Positions 46,884 through 56,940 of a stretch of 64,000 nt of DNA are shown piece after piece (positions within the stretch are counted from its first letter, which is position 1; each line of letters opens with the position of its first letter). The position numbers and the translations under genes are program-made. The notes below the pieces were generated by a model, which ran no database searches, had not been told where the DNA came from, and saw only the letters and a program-made list of their open reading frames with translations. This DNA comes from Bdellovibrionales bacterium. Lineage in GTDB: Bacteria > Bdellovibrionota > Bdellovibrionia > Bdellovibrionales > UBA1609. The stretch lies in assembly GCA_965203095.1 (NCBI GenBank), contig OZ241877.1:1152001-1216000 (forward strand), written 5' to 3'.

Positions 46884-49187
46884 CTACCAACCAATAGAAA
46901 AATGGAATCGGTAATTTAAATCCGCTTTGGGCCTTTCGGGGGGAAGTCTATAAGCAATATCTAAACCCACAGGGATTAAAAAAGTCTGATAACGAAAACC
47001 CACACCAACAGAATGACCATAGTTAAAAACCGCATTGTTCCGGCCCTTTAAATAAACAGCCCCTATATCATAAAATAAAATGCCTTTAAATCCTTTAAAA
47101 ACAGGCCAGCGAAACTCTGCATTCAACAGGCCATAATTACTAACTAAAGCACTCTCTAACTGATCGTCTTTTTTAAGTTTTAAGTCTGAGTTCGCGGTTT
47201 CAATAGGGGCATGTTTTTCACTGGGGATCCTCGCTCCTTCAATATGCCCATCATAACCTCTAATAGAGTTTTTTCCGCCTAAAATGAAAGCTCGGCTTAC
47301 AGGTATATGATAACGATCTCTTAAAGCTTGAATCCAACCCCCTTTTAAAGTTAAACTCAATGTGTAATTTTTTGCAAAAGTCCAATACAGGCGATTTTGA
47401 AAATCTGCCTTTACAAAAGCAATATCCGAACTGCTCCCTAAAAGAGGATCTGCCCATTCCAGTGCTAAAGAACTAAGGGCTCCCTTTGAAGGATCAAAAA
47501 TGTTGTCTCGTTTGTCCCATATTATATTAAAACTGGAACTGGAAATTTGTTGAGGATTTTCCGGACATATTATTTGATCGCAAGACTCTCTTCTGTTTTC
47601 AAAAGACAAAACATTCCATCTCATTTTTAAATTTTCACTGAGGTTTTTATTTATAAAAAAGCTGATTTGCGTTTTATTGACAAAATTGATACTATTCTGA
47701 GAATAATTGAATATGTGTCGGGACTGAGAGAGGCTGACATCCCCTTGATAACCATAGCCCGGAACAAAAACCTCTTTGTATCTTCCGGAAAGATCATACT
47801 CTAAAAAAGTTTTTCGCCTGTTAAAGTTAACTTGCCCACTTACCCTGGCAATAAGGGATCTCCCCCAACCAAAAAGATTTCTATGAGCTATTTCAGAATA
47901 AGCACGAGTGGTTAGCCCTCTTTGTGAATTTAGCCCTAACCCCCCTCTAATAGACCTCAGCTTTCTCTCTTTAAAAAGAGCTTCCAATTCAAATGGATCC
48001 TCTGCAACCTCATTCAAACTGATGCTGGAAAAAAGCCCAGTTGCTCCAAGAGATTTTATTGCTCGCTCTTTTTTTAAAGGAGTTAAAACATCACCTGGCT
48101 GAATTTTTAGTAAACTTAGAACCATACTTTTCTTAGCCTTTTTTAAACCCTTAATAGAGATTTTTGAAACAAAAGCTTTAACCCCTTCATCCACTTTAAT
48201 AATCAAACTGGCATGTTTATCTCCCGGAGTGTATTGGATGACATTTTCTCTATTCTTGATTTTTATATTGATATAACCTTTGCTTTTATAAAACTGTTCA
48301 ATCCGATCCATGTCTTTTTGCACTTCATCCACTTTAAGAGTGGATTGAACTTTAGATTGAATGTGAGACAAAATTTCCCACACAGGAAGAGCTTTTGCGT
48401 TTTGAATTTGTATGTCCTGAATGATTATCAAAGGCCCTTCTTCTAAATTGATAGTGATAAAAGCTTTGTCCTCTTTAAAAAATATCCGGTCAGAATAAAT
48501 TTTGCTTTGTAAATAACCCTGCCCTCTAATATGACGAATTAAATTTTTATAACCTTTTTCCAGATCTTTTTTATTATAAAATCCCTTTTTGATAAGATCA
48601 GAACTGTTGTTTTTAATAAAATTTTCATATTGCTCGTTGGGCTGAGAGAGCAACCCTTGAATTTTTAATTCCGCTATACGGATCCGTGGGCCTTCAGCAA
48701 TATTGAAATAAACCCATTTCTTCCATTTCTTTTTAAATTCGGATCTTTTTAATTCTACTTTTAAAAAACCTTGATTTTGGTAAGCTCTTTGAATAGCTGT
48801 TTCAACAAAGTCATAAAAAAAAGCCCCCATAGTGTTTTCATCTACTTTCACAATTTTGTGAATTTGCTTTTCACTAAAAAAACGATTCCCTTTAAATACA
48901 AAGACAATTTGAATAGGGTTTTTAATAATAAAATTTTTACCTATTTGAGAAACTTCCGCTTGATAATAATCTTTTTTGATAAGAAATTTTTGTAAATTTT
49001 TTATTGATATAGGTTTATCCTTAAAATGCCGGTAAATTTGTTTGGGCAATGTAGGGTGAGGAGAAACAATGCGATAAGGCCCTGGTGTATCTAATTCCGG
49101 GAAGTTTAAAGCTGATTTTCCATAAGCCTGAAAAGTTAAAACAAGCAAAATCAAAAAAGACATAAACCCAGAAGTTCCCCAATGCAT
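46884..49187 (-). CDS. Omp85 family protein (BamA/TamA-like) with POTRA domains
   Basis: POTRA repeats (Y...GY), DKRDNIFDPSKG, LGG..SIRGY, GVGFRY.T..PVGLD.A, C-terminal FHFSIGW. Confidence 0.9.
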   Translation of the reverse strand: MHWGTSGFMSFLILLVLTFQAYGKSALNFPELDTPGPYRIVSPHPTLPKQIYRHFKDKPISIKNLQKFLIKKDYYQAEVSQIGKNFIIKNPIQIVFVFKGNRFFSEKQIHKIVKVDENTMGAFFYDFVETAIQRAYQNQGFLKVELKRSEFKKKWKKWVYFNIAEGPRIRIAELKIQGLLSQPNEQYENFIKNNSSDLIKKGFYNKKDLEKGYKNLIRHIRGQGYLQSKIYSDRIFFKEDKAFITINLEEGPLIIIQDIQIQNAKALPVWEILSHIQSKVQSTLKVDEVQKDMDRIEQFYKSKGYINIKIKNRENVIQYTPGDKHASLIIKVDEGVKAFVSKISIKGLKKAKKSMVLSLLKIQPGDVLTPLKKERAIKSLGATGLFSSISLNEVAEDPFELEALFKERKLRSIRGGLGLNSQRGLTTRAYSEIAHRNLFGWGRSLIARVSGQVNFNRRKTFLEYDLSGRYKEVFVPGYGYQGDVSLSQSRHIFNYSQNSINFVNKTQISFFINKNLSENLKMRWNVLSFENRRESCDQIICPENPQQISSSSFNIIWDKRDNIFDPSKGALSSLALEWADPLLGSSSDIAFVKADFQNRLYWTFAKNYTLSLTLKGGWIQALRDRYHIPVSRAFILGGKNSIRGYDGHIEGARIPSEKHAPIETANSDLKLKKDDQLESALVSNYGLLNAEFRWPVFKGFKGILFYDIGAVYLKGRNNAVFNYGHSVGVGFRYQTFLIPVGLDIAYRLPPERPKADLNYRFHFSIGW

Positions 49188-49189
49188 TA

Positions 49190-52100
49190 TTAAAAATCAA
49201 GATTAAATTCAAAATCCAGACCCAATCGATCGTTTTGATCGGTTTCTAAATCAGTTTGCCGGGTATTTTCCCAAAAGGCAGTGAGAGAAATTTTTTTATT
49301 AAGATTGTATTTTAAGCGAATGTCGCTTTGAGCATTTTCCTCAATGGTCCGGCTAAAAGAAGTTTTCCATTTTTCAAACCAGTTTTTACTCAATGTGATT
49401 TTTGTAACTGGTTTATTTAAAGTATTGATATAAGATGTGGGGCGAAAATCCCATCCCAAAGTGTCTTTTATTTCCTTGTTTAAAATTTTTTCCAAAAACA
49501 AAGAACCTAAAATTTGATAAGAGTAATCAATGACATCTTTTCTAACATTGGCGTCAAAATACCGAGACCCCACACCAAGAGTCAAAAGGGATATGATCTC
49601 TTTCTCATTTAAAACAGGAGAGCTTTTTAGAGAAAAATCAGGCTCCTGAGAAAAGCCTTTTAAAGATAAAAAGATCTTGTAAGCTCTCTCAATTTCCTGA
49701 TTGCCCTCTAAAGGATCGATAATTTGCTCTTTAAACAAAGTATTAGCTGAAATATCCAAATAAGGATTCCCCAAAGATGAATTTTTAAAAAGAACAGAAC
49801 CTGAACTGACTTTAAATTCTGTTCCTCTGAAAAAAATTAAATTCTCTTCAGCAGTTTTTGAAATAGCAAACTGGCCATCAGCTAAAAGCGACTCCAAAGG
49901 CCCATAAATCCTGATCTGACCCTTAATAGCAGATCTTATCAAACTGCTATTGATCTCCACAGCTTGATTTGTTTGAATATTTAAATCCAAATTAAAAAGG
50001 CTATCCTCCTTTTGTTTCTTCTTTTTTAAAAAGGAAAAATCATGCTTTGTTTTTTTAACTCTACCAGAAAATTCTTTTGTGATAGTGCCGGAATCTATAA
50101 GATACTCACCACTAATTAAATAAGGAGGATTGTCGCCATGGATTTTTAAGCGACCTTTGCCTTTGGTTTGAAAATCTTTTGGAATATTGAGTTGTGCACC
50201 AGAAAAATCCAAATCCAAATCTACTTTGGGCCAATGAATAAAATCATAAAAAACTAAGCCTTTTCCTTTTAGGGAACTGCCACCAGTATGGCTAAAAAAA
50301 TCATGAACCAATATGCGATTTCCGGCAAAATCCAACTGAGCCTGAGCTTCTTTAAAATCAGGCAAAGTGCCTACAGAAAATAATGCCTTATCCACTCGCA
50401 CAGATCCTTTAGGGGACGGTTGTTTTAAATTATTGTCTATTAAGACCTGCCCTCTCACATCTCCTTCAATTTTTTTTAAAAAAGGGAAAAGAACAGAAAA
50501 CAAACCTAAGGAGAATCTCCCAGAGACCCATAGTTTGTCAGGACCTCTTTCCTCTATAATTAGATTCTCTTTATTATGGTAAGAAAAACGACCAGAGGAG
50601 AGAGACCAACGATCTTTATCAAAAAAAATAGAAAAAGGCTTTTCACCTTTTATCCACTGATCAGATCGGGAGACAAAAAACTGATCGATTTGAGCCTGAC
50701 CAGTCCATTGGCTGGTTTTTTCTTTTGTTTTATGGAAAGAGAAAAAACCTGTCAGTTGAGAAGATCTCTCTTGTGCCCTCTCCATACGATTTTTTGAAAA
50801 TAAAAGCTTAATAAAATCTAAGTTGGCTAACCGGCCCCTTGCCTTTATTAAAGCTTTTTTTGAAAAAGGATAAATAAACTGATCGATAAAGATCTCGTCC
50901 ATAACAGGGCCAGAAAGGGACAATGCCTTAGCGTCTAACTTCATTTTAATATGAGAGTCTTTAACTGGATATGAGTAAAAAAACATATTGGATATAAAAA
51001 TGTCACTGTGGATTTTTGGACGAGCGAGTGTGCCAGTGATTTTCATATCAAAGTTCACATCGCCGGACTGATTGAAAGGCACAATACTGTTTAGCCATTC
51101 CAGCCTCTCTAAAGACAGATCTTGGCCTTTTACTTTTAAATTAAGGGCGTATTGGCTATCAAAAAAACCAGAACCTTTAAGATAACCTTGTCCCTTTTTT
51201 AAAAGTAAAGAGCGAATCACACCTTGATCATTTTGTAAACTAAAATTAAATGTCGCTTGTTGAAACAGATCTTTATTTACAGAAACATTAAAAAGATCTC
51301 CTTTGAGATGAAACTCTTTTTTCTCCGGTAAAGCCCATGGATAGCGAATAAAAAAAGTGCCTGCCCCTGTGCCTTTAAATGAGATAGGCCAAGAAATATT
51401 TTCTTGAACTGAGTCCATTAAATCTTCAATGTCAAAAAAAGAAGATTTCCAATTCAAAACAAGCTCTTTTTGACGAAAATCTATAACCCCCTCTCCGGCC
51501 CAGTTGGTTCTTCCAGGAGAGCTTTTGATATTTACAAAAGCTAATCGGCCAGTTTTAAACTGATACCTGCTGGAAATATCTTTGAGCTTATAGGATTGAA
51601 TTTTTATAAGAGAAGAGCTGAGGAAGCCTTTAAATTGAACTTTATTTTTTTCAACAATCAATTTTCCGTCTCGAATTTCTGCTGTTCCTTCTACAGGAAA
51701 AGCAGTGTTGAATTTTAAATCTTCACCCCACTTTCCAATAAAAGAGTAAGAGGATTCCAATCGATCAGAGGGTTGCGAGTATTGCCCTTGGAATTGCACT
51801 TTGGAAGTTTCAGATTTTGTGGTTTTTGTGCCAATGGCTAAAAAATTTAAAATCTCACGGTCCCACTCCACATTGAGATCCAAATTCATCCCGTGGAGAG
51901 ATACCAGTTCATTTTGATCTTTGGTTTGTGCACTTACTTTTTTACTTTTCCCCTCAGCTGAACATTTGAAATAAGAACCTCTATAACCTTTCCCTTGGCA
52001 TTTAATGGAACCAGTAAAATCTCCTTTTACCGGAAAATTATCCATGTTTAAAACCGCTTGGGCCACAAAATCAGAAGACAGCTTATGAGTTTCAATAAGA

Positions 52101-53272
52101 AAACCAAAACGAGAACTGGCCTTATGGAAAAACCATTCCCCATTTTTTATATAAGCTCTGCCTTGATTTTGCACTTCTACTTTAGCAGAATCTAAAAATA
52201 AAGTCCGGCGACGAAGCCTTCCCTTTGCAAAAAAACTTTTTAACTTGTGAGTTTTAAAAACAGCGTTTTCGCCATTCAGATCAAAAGAGCCTTTATAGCC
52301 TTTGTGAGTTGTATATTGAATATTCAGTTTATAAGATAGAAGAGAGTCAAAAAAGATAGTCTCTCCCCCCATCCAATCAATCCCTTTTTGAATAAGAACG
52401 AAAGGCAAAGCACCAGAAGATCTTATGTTCATCTGTTTTAATTTCTTGGAGTCAAACTGAAGATCTAATCGTTCTGTTATAGACTGAAATTTATGATTTT
52501 TTAAAAGGATCTTTTCAAAAAAAACTCTTCCTTTTTGCACAACCCCTTTAAAAGCCAGTTGATATGCCGGGGCATTTTCATTTTTTGGGATAGAAACCCC
52601 AGGCAGATAGTTGGAAAAAGCCTCAAACCCCGGATCTTCACTAAAATGGAAAGACTCCACAAAAAAATTAAAGTGAAAAATGCCCTCTTTTTTTTGACGA
52701 ACAGAAGAGCGGAGGCGAGAAAGCTTAAGCCCGCGACCCTGATGGCGAAGGCTTAACTGAGTGTTTTTAATAAGAATATGCTTTATGGGCAAAGCCATGT
52801 CCTGTGGGGCTTTAGATTTTCTCAAAAAAGATTTTAAAGTTTTAATATAAATATCCCCTTTTTGAATTTTTAATTTTGCCAAAACCACACGCTTTTTAAA
52901 TAAAAGAGAAAATAAAGATGGACGGGCCGATATTTTCTGAATTTTTTGTCGCCCATCCAATAAACCCAGCTCCTGTATTTTTTTAAAATTGGCTGTGTTT
53001 AGAGGAATTACTTGAACTCCCTCTAAATGAACATTCATTGTAAATATGTTAAATTGTAAAAGCTCCCATTCAATTTTTAAGCCTGTTTGATTCTCAAAAG
53101 CTTGAACCCCCTCTGTAGCCCTATCATTTATAAAGCCTTCCACCTTGTTGCCAACTTGACGTAAACTGATCGGGGTAAAGAGAAAAAACAAAATAAAAAG
53201 AAAGAGAAAAACAAAAAACTTTTTTGTTTTGAAAAAACGAGGGATTTTAAAATTTTTAAAAATAGATCTCAT
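49190..53272 (-). CDS. Translocation and assembly module TamB/AsmA-like protein
   Basis: 1360 aa, N-terminal TM anchor, beta-rich, C-terminal P.LDI...L.SSP.L.EKEIISLL.LG; adjacent to the Omp85 gene. Confidence 0.85.
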   Translation of the reverse strand: MRSIFKNFKIPRFFKTKKFFVFLFLFILFFLFTPISLRQVGNKVEGFINDRATEGVQAFENQTGLKIEWELLQFNIFTMNVHLEGVQVIPLNTANFKKIQELGLLDGRQKIQKISARPSLFSLLFKKRVVLAKLKIQKGDIYIKTLKSFLRKSKAPQDMALPIKHILIKNTQLSLRHQGRGLKLSRLRSSVRQKKEGIFHFNFFVESFHFSEDPGFEAFSNYLPGVSIPKNENAPAYQLAFKGVVQKGRVFFEKILLKNHKFQSITERLDLQFDSKKLKQMNIRSSGALPFVLIQKGIDWMGGETIFFDSLLSYKLNIQYTTHKGYKGSFDLNGENAVFKTHKLKSFFAKGRLRRRTLFLDSAKVEVQNQGRAYIKNGEWFFHKASSRFGFLIETHKLSSDFVAQAVLNMDNFPVKGDFTGSIKCQGKGYRGSYFKCSAEGKSKKVSAQTKDQNELVSLHGMNLDLNVEWDREILNFLAIGTKTTKSETSKVQFQGQYSQPSDRLESSYSFIGKWGEDLKFNTAFPVEGTAEIRDGKLIVEKNKVQFKGFLSSSLIKIQSYKLKDISSRYQFKTGRLAFVNIKSSPGRTNWAGEGVIDFRQKELVLNWKSSFFDIEDLMDSVQENISWPISFKGTGAGTFFIRYPWALPEKKEFHLKGDLFNVSVNKDLFQQATFNFSLQNDQGVIRSLLLKKGQGYLKGSGFFDSQYALNLKVKGQDLSLERLEWLNSIVPFNQSGDVNFDMKITGTLARPKIHSDIFISNMFFYSYPVKDSHIKMKLDAKALSLSGPVMDEIFIDQFIYPFSKKALIKARGRLANLDFIKLLFSKNRMERAQERSSQLTGFFSFHKTKEKTSQWTGQAQIDQFFVSRSDQWIKGEKPFSIFFDKDRWSLSSGRFSYHNKENLIIEERGPDKLWVSGRFSLGLFSVLFPFLKKIEGDVRGQVLIDNNLKQPSPKGSVRVDKALFSVGTLPDFKEAQAQLDFAGNRILVHDFFSHTGGSSLKGKGLVFYDFIHWPKVDLDLDFSGAQLNIPKDFQTKGKGRLKIHGDNPPYLISGEYLIDSGTITKEFSGRVKKTKHDFSFLKKKKQKEDSLFNLDLNIQTNQAVEINSSLIRSAIKGQIRIYGPLESLLADGQFAISKTAEENLIFFRGTEFKVSSGSVLFKNSSLGNPYLDISANTLFKEQIIDPLEGNQEIERAYKIFLSLKGFSQEPDFSLKSSPVLNEKEIISLLTLGVGSRYFDANVRKDVIDYSYQILGSLFLEKILNKEIKDTLGWDFRPTSYINTLNKPVTKITLSKNWFEKWKTSFSRTIEENAQSDIRLKYNLNKKISLTAFWENTRQTDLETDQNDRLGLDFEFNLDF

Positions 53273-53284
53273 CTTTTTTGTGGG

Positions 53285-54340
53285 TTATGTGTTTTTCAAC
53301 CATTTATCCAAAAGATATTGCACACTTTTATAATCCGGCTGAACCTGAGAAATAGCTGTAAGATACTCAATAGCTGAAGACTTTTTTCCTAAAGCGTAAA
53401 GCATTTGTGATTTAATGTAAATGAGAGGCAGAAAAAAACTTTCACTTTCTGGAGTTTCTGAAAAAAGCCGGTGGATCAACTCTAAACCTTTTGTGTATTG
53501 CCGAGTCTCCAATGCCCAGTCTAAGTAAAACCAATAATCAGACAACCGGCGAACATCTGTCTCTAACAAAGACAAAGCCTGATCCGGCCAACCACCGAAA
53601 TATAAAAAAAAGGATAGATTTTTTGTCCGGTGAGGGGTCTTTTTAGCCGTTTGCCAAATTGCTGAATGCCAGCTTTTTTTTAAATTCCGCTTTTCCAAAG
53701 GAAAAGAAGGTAAGGAGTCGACTTCCTCAGTCTTTTTCCTCTGACTGATCTTTTTTTGCTCTTGAATAGTTAAAATAGCCTTTTTTTCATCCCATTTTTT
53801 TTTGAGTGTTTTATATTTTTTATTTAAAGGTTGAAGAGACAATAGCTTAAGGATAATGTCTTCCTCTTCTTTTATCAAATTTTGAGCTTTAGCAAACTCT
53901 AATCTCTCCAAAAGATCTTCTTCCTCTTTAGAGGACTTTTTCCCCTCCATATCTTGAAGATGGACATATCTCAACTGCTGAAACTCTGGGGAAATGTCCT
54001 CCCATTCCTTACAAGCAAATAGGGCCGGTGTCCAATTTTCTTTCTTTTTGAGGTAGTGGTGAAACAAAAGTTTCTTCATTTGTGAATTAGGGGATATTTT
54101 ATATTTAGTTAAAATTTTTAAAATGTAAGGCCATGCAAGAGGCTTTTTTTTACTTAGCCTTTGAGCTGAAAATTCCAGCAAGGTTTTATATAAACCGGCA
54201 TTGTAAAGAAACCGACTGACATCCTCTATACTTGAACTGCCTTGAATTTCTTCAAAAATTTGGATTGGTGTTAAATTTTTTTTAAAAAGAGAAAAAATCT
54301 TTTTTTCCAAAAATTCTACTGTTTTAATTTGAGAATCCAT
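53285..54340 (-). CDS. Hypothetical protein with C-terminal TPR
   Basis: Helical; ends Y..SQMLYALG....AIEYL..I..VQPDYKS. Confidence 0.65.
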   Translation of the reverse strand: MDSQIKTVEFLEKKIFSLFKKNLTPIQIFEEIQGSSSIEDVSRFLYNAGLYKTLLEFSAQRLSKKKPLAWPYILKILTKYKISPNSQMKKLLFHHYLKKKENWTPALFACKEWEDISPEFQQLRYVHLQDMEGKKSSKEEEDLLERLEFAKAQNLIKEEEDIILKLLSLQPLNKKYKTLKKKWDEKKAILTIQEQKKISQRKKTEEVDSLPSFPLEKRNLKKSWHSAIWQTAKKTPHRTKNLSFFLYFGGWPDQALSLLETDVRRLSDYWFYLDWALETRQYTKGLELIHRLFSETPESESFFLPLIYIKSQMLYALGKKSSAIEYLTAISQVQPDYKSVQYLLDKWLKNT

Positions 54341-54388
54341 ATTTTTACCAATTTTAAAAAGGTGGGCACAAATACAAAACGAATAGTA

Positions 54389-54949
54389 TTATCTGCATCT
54401 TTCAATATAAGTTCCGTCTTTACAGTTGATTTTTAACTTATCCCCCTCTTGAATATGCAAAGGGACCTGAACCACAAGCCCTGTCTCCATAGTGGCGGGC
54501 TTAGTTGTATGGCTGGCAGTATTCCCCTTAAACCCAGGATCGGTTTGTGACACAGTTAAAATGAGGCTCCTTGGCAACTCAATAGAAATTACCCGATTGT
54601 TAAAAAAACAAGCCGTGACTTTTAAAGATTCTGTCAAATAGTATTGATTGTCCCCAACAATTTTCTGGCTTATAGCCAAAGTCTCATAAGATTGAATATC
54701 CATAAAATAAAAAGAGTCCTTATCTTTATATACATAAGAAAGATTTTTGTAATCAATATCCGGCACCGCAAACTTTTCCCCAGAGCGGATTGTAAGATCA
54801 ATAGCCATGCCTGTCAGGAGGTTAGTTAGTTTGGTCCTGGTGAATTGATTGCCCTTCCCTGGTTTGATATGCTGAAAATCCAAAATAACATGAGGTTCTC
54901 CTTTTACCATGAGCTTTAATCCTTTTTTAAAATCACTTGTCCCATACAT
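54389..54949 (-). CDS. efp: Elongation factor P
   Basis: DFKKGL, HIKPGKG, TDPGFKGNT, KPATMETG..VQVP, G.YIER; true start ATG 54949. Confidence 0.97.
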   Translation of the reverse strand: MYGTSDFKKGLKLMVKGEPHVILDFQHIKPGKGNQFTRTKLTNLLTGMAIDLTIRSGEKFAVPDIDYKNLSYVYKDKDSFYFMDIQSYETLAISQKIVGDNQYYLTESLKVTACFFNNRVISIELPRSLILTVSQTDPGFKGNTASHTTKPATMETGLVVQVPLHIQEGDKLKINCKDGTYIERCR

Positions 54950-55013
54950 GGCTATCTGATGGTTTTGTGCCGGATGATTTTTCTCATTTAAGAAAAAGGA
55001 GCAAGGGCCTTTT

Positions 55014-55589
55014 TCAAGCTGAACCAGTATAACCACTTTTTGAAAATTTATCCATATAAATTTCAATATGGGCTAAAATTTTATTCAGCCGGGCCAGTTT
55101 TTGACTCTCTTTTTCAGAAAGAGTTTTAGGCTGTGCCTCTTTTTCCTCCGTTTGACGAATCTCCTTTATTGGCCGATCCACTACCTTTTCTAAATGCTGA
55201 ACTGTGGCTGTGGCCTCTTTGTCCCCTGGCCTTAAAAGAACAGCCATTTTATAAGCGTTAAGGGTTTTTTCTAAATCATTTTTCTTTTTATAGATAGCAC
55301 CTAAACTTTTGTAAATGTTAGGGTTATCCGGGTTAAATTTTTTGGCTTGAGTGAGGCAATAGATGGCCTCTTGGGTCCGGCCCTGGCTTTCGTATATATC
55401 CCCAAGCAAAGCATAAGCCTGAGAATGAGAGGGATGATAAACTAAGCCCTCAAGACATAGCTTTTCTGCCTTCTCCACAGCCCCACTGGAATAATAAATT
55501 TGAGCTAAAGAGCAAAAAACTTTTGAGCGAGGGTCTTTTTTAAGATTATCCTCCAGCTTTTTAGTTAAAAGGGGATTATGTCCGGCCAT
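55014..55589 (-). CDS. Tetratricopeptide repeat protein
   Basis: DPRSKVFCSLA followed by three TPR units; start ATG 55589. Confidence 0.85.
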   Translation of the reverse strand: MAGHNPLLTKKLEDNLKKDPRSKVFCSLAQIYYSSGAVEKAEKLCLEGLVYHPSHSQAYALLGDIYESQGRTQEAIYCLTQAKKFNPDNPNIYKSLGAIYKKKNDLEKTLNAYKMAVLLRPGDKEATATVQHLEKVVDRPIKEIRQTEEKEAQPKTLSEKESQKLARLNKILAHIEIYMDKFSKSGYTGSA

Positions 55590-55852
55590 ACTTCTATTTT
55601 GACATAAAAAGTCTGGATCCGCCAAACTTTTTTATGGTTTTTTCCATTGAAAATTTTTATTGCTTGCGTTGAAACTCAATTTGAATATACCTTTGGGCTG
55701 GTTTTATTTGAAAATTCATGTTAGCTAAGTCATACTGCTTTTGTTAGCAATATATTAAAATATAGAGAGAAAGCTCTTAAAAATTTCTGGTTTTTGAGAG
55801 CTGAGGGAGCTAAGGCATTCGTTTAAAACTTCAACAGGATGGCTCAACAACT

Positions 55853-56365
55853 ATGGATCTGATCATCATGGGCATTGATCCCGGCACTGTGAGCACAGGT
55901 TATGCTGTGATTCACACTACAGAGGATTCCAGCAAGTGTTTGGATTACGGCCTCATCCGTGCCAATGAAAAATCTTTCCCTCTCAGAATAAGCAAAATTC
56001 ATCAAGGGCTAAAAGAGTTAGGTCAAACCTATAAGCCTCATCATATCGCTGTGGAAAAGATCTTTTTTGGGAAAAACCCCGTCACAGCTTTTAAGTTAGG
56101 CCATATTTTTGCTCTCTGCTTGTTGGAAAGCACAAGGCAAAAGGCTGAATTTTTTGAATACTCCACCCGGTTTATTAAAAAAGCTGTCACATTTTCTGGC
56201 AATTCTTCAAAAGAGCTGGTTCAGCAATTTGTCACTAATTTTTTTGCTCTCAGCCCTACCCCCCGATCTTTAGACGCTACTGACGCCTTAGCCGTGGCTT
56301 TATGCCACAGTAGAGAGTGCAAAAAAAATCTATTTCAAAAACAAATTCAAGCAGTCAATTTATGA
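55853..56365 (+). CDS. ruvC: Holliday junction resolvase RuvC
   Basis: IMGIDPG..TGY, AVEKIF, IKKAV, SKE, DATDALAVALCH. Confidence 0.96.
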   Translation: MDLIIMGIDPGTVSTGYAVIHTTEDSSKCLDYGLIRANEKSFPLRISKIHQGLKELGQTYKPHHIAVEKIFFGKNPVTAFKLGHIFALCLLESTRQKAEFFEYSTRFIKKAVTFSGNSSKELVQQFVTNFFALSPTPRSLDATDALAVALCHSRECKKNLFQKQIQAVNL

Positions 56366-56940
56366 TCGGATTTTTAAAAGGTTCTCTTATTTTACAAAAC
56401 CCCAACAGTTTGCTGGTGGACACGGGAGGAGTGGCTTATGAGGTTCAAGTGTCTCCAACGGCTTTTAGCCAATTTCAAACAGGGGCTATTGTCTCTGTTT
56501 GGATTCACACTGTTTTTCGTTCAGATAGCCTTGAGCTGTATGGCTTTCCCTCCTTTAAAGAAAAAGAGGTTTTTCTGGCACTTTTAAAAGTTAAAGGTAT
56601 TGGGCCTAAGATGGCTCTTTCCATATTGGCTTCTTGCTCTATAGAACAGTTGAATCGTATGATTTATGAGGAAAATATAAAGGCCCTCAGTGCCTTGCCT
56701 AAAGTGGGTAAAAAAACAGCTCAGCAAATTGTCCTTTCATTAAAGGATCAAATTTCTGACAAAGCCATCGGTTCAACTGATGGAAATCCTGGGAGGGATA
56801 AACTTTTTTTTGCCTTAGAAAAATTAGGCTTTCATCCCTCTGAGATTGGAGAGGCTTTAAGCTTGATGAAATGGGAAAATGATTTAGAAAAGAATCTCAA
56901 ACAGGCTTTATCTCTCCTCAACCCCTCTTCAAAATCGTAA
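56362..56940 (+). CDS. ruvA: Holliday junction branch migration protein RuvA
   Basis: MIGFLKG, GGVAYEV, LYGF, VKGIGPKMAL, PKVGKKTA, AL..LGF; ATGA overlap with ruvC. Confidence 0.96.
   Translation: MIGFLKGSLILQNPNSLLVDTGGVAYEVQVSPTAFSQFQTGAIVSVWIHTVFRSDSLELYGFPSFKEKEVFLALLKVKGIGPKMALSILASCSIEQLNRMIYEENIKALSALPKVGKKTAQQIVLSLKDQISDKAIGSTDGNPGRDKLFFALEKLGFHPSEIGEALSLMKWENDLEKNLKQALSLLNPSSKS

Noticed and set aside
54950..55066. N-terminally extended EF-P
   Set aside because: Extension overlaps the upstream TPR gene; the canonical start is ATG 54949
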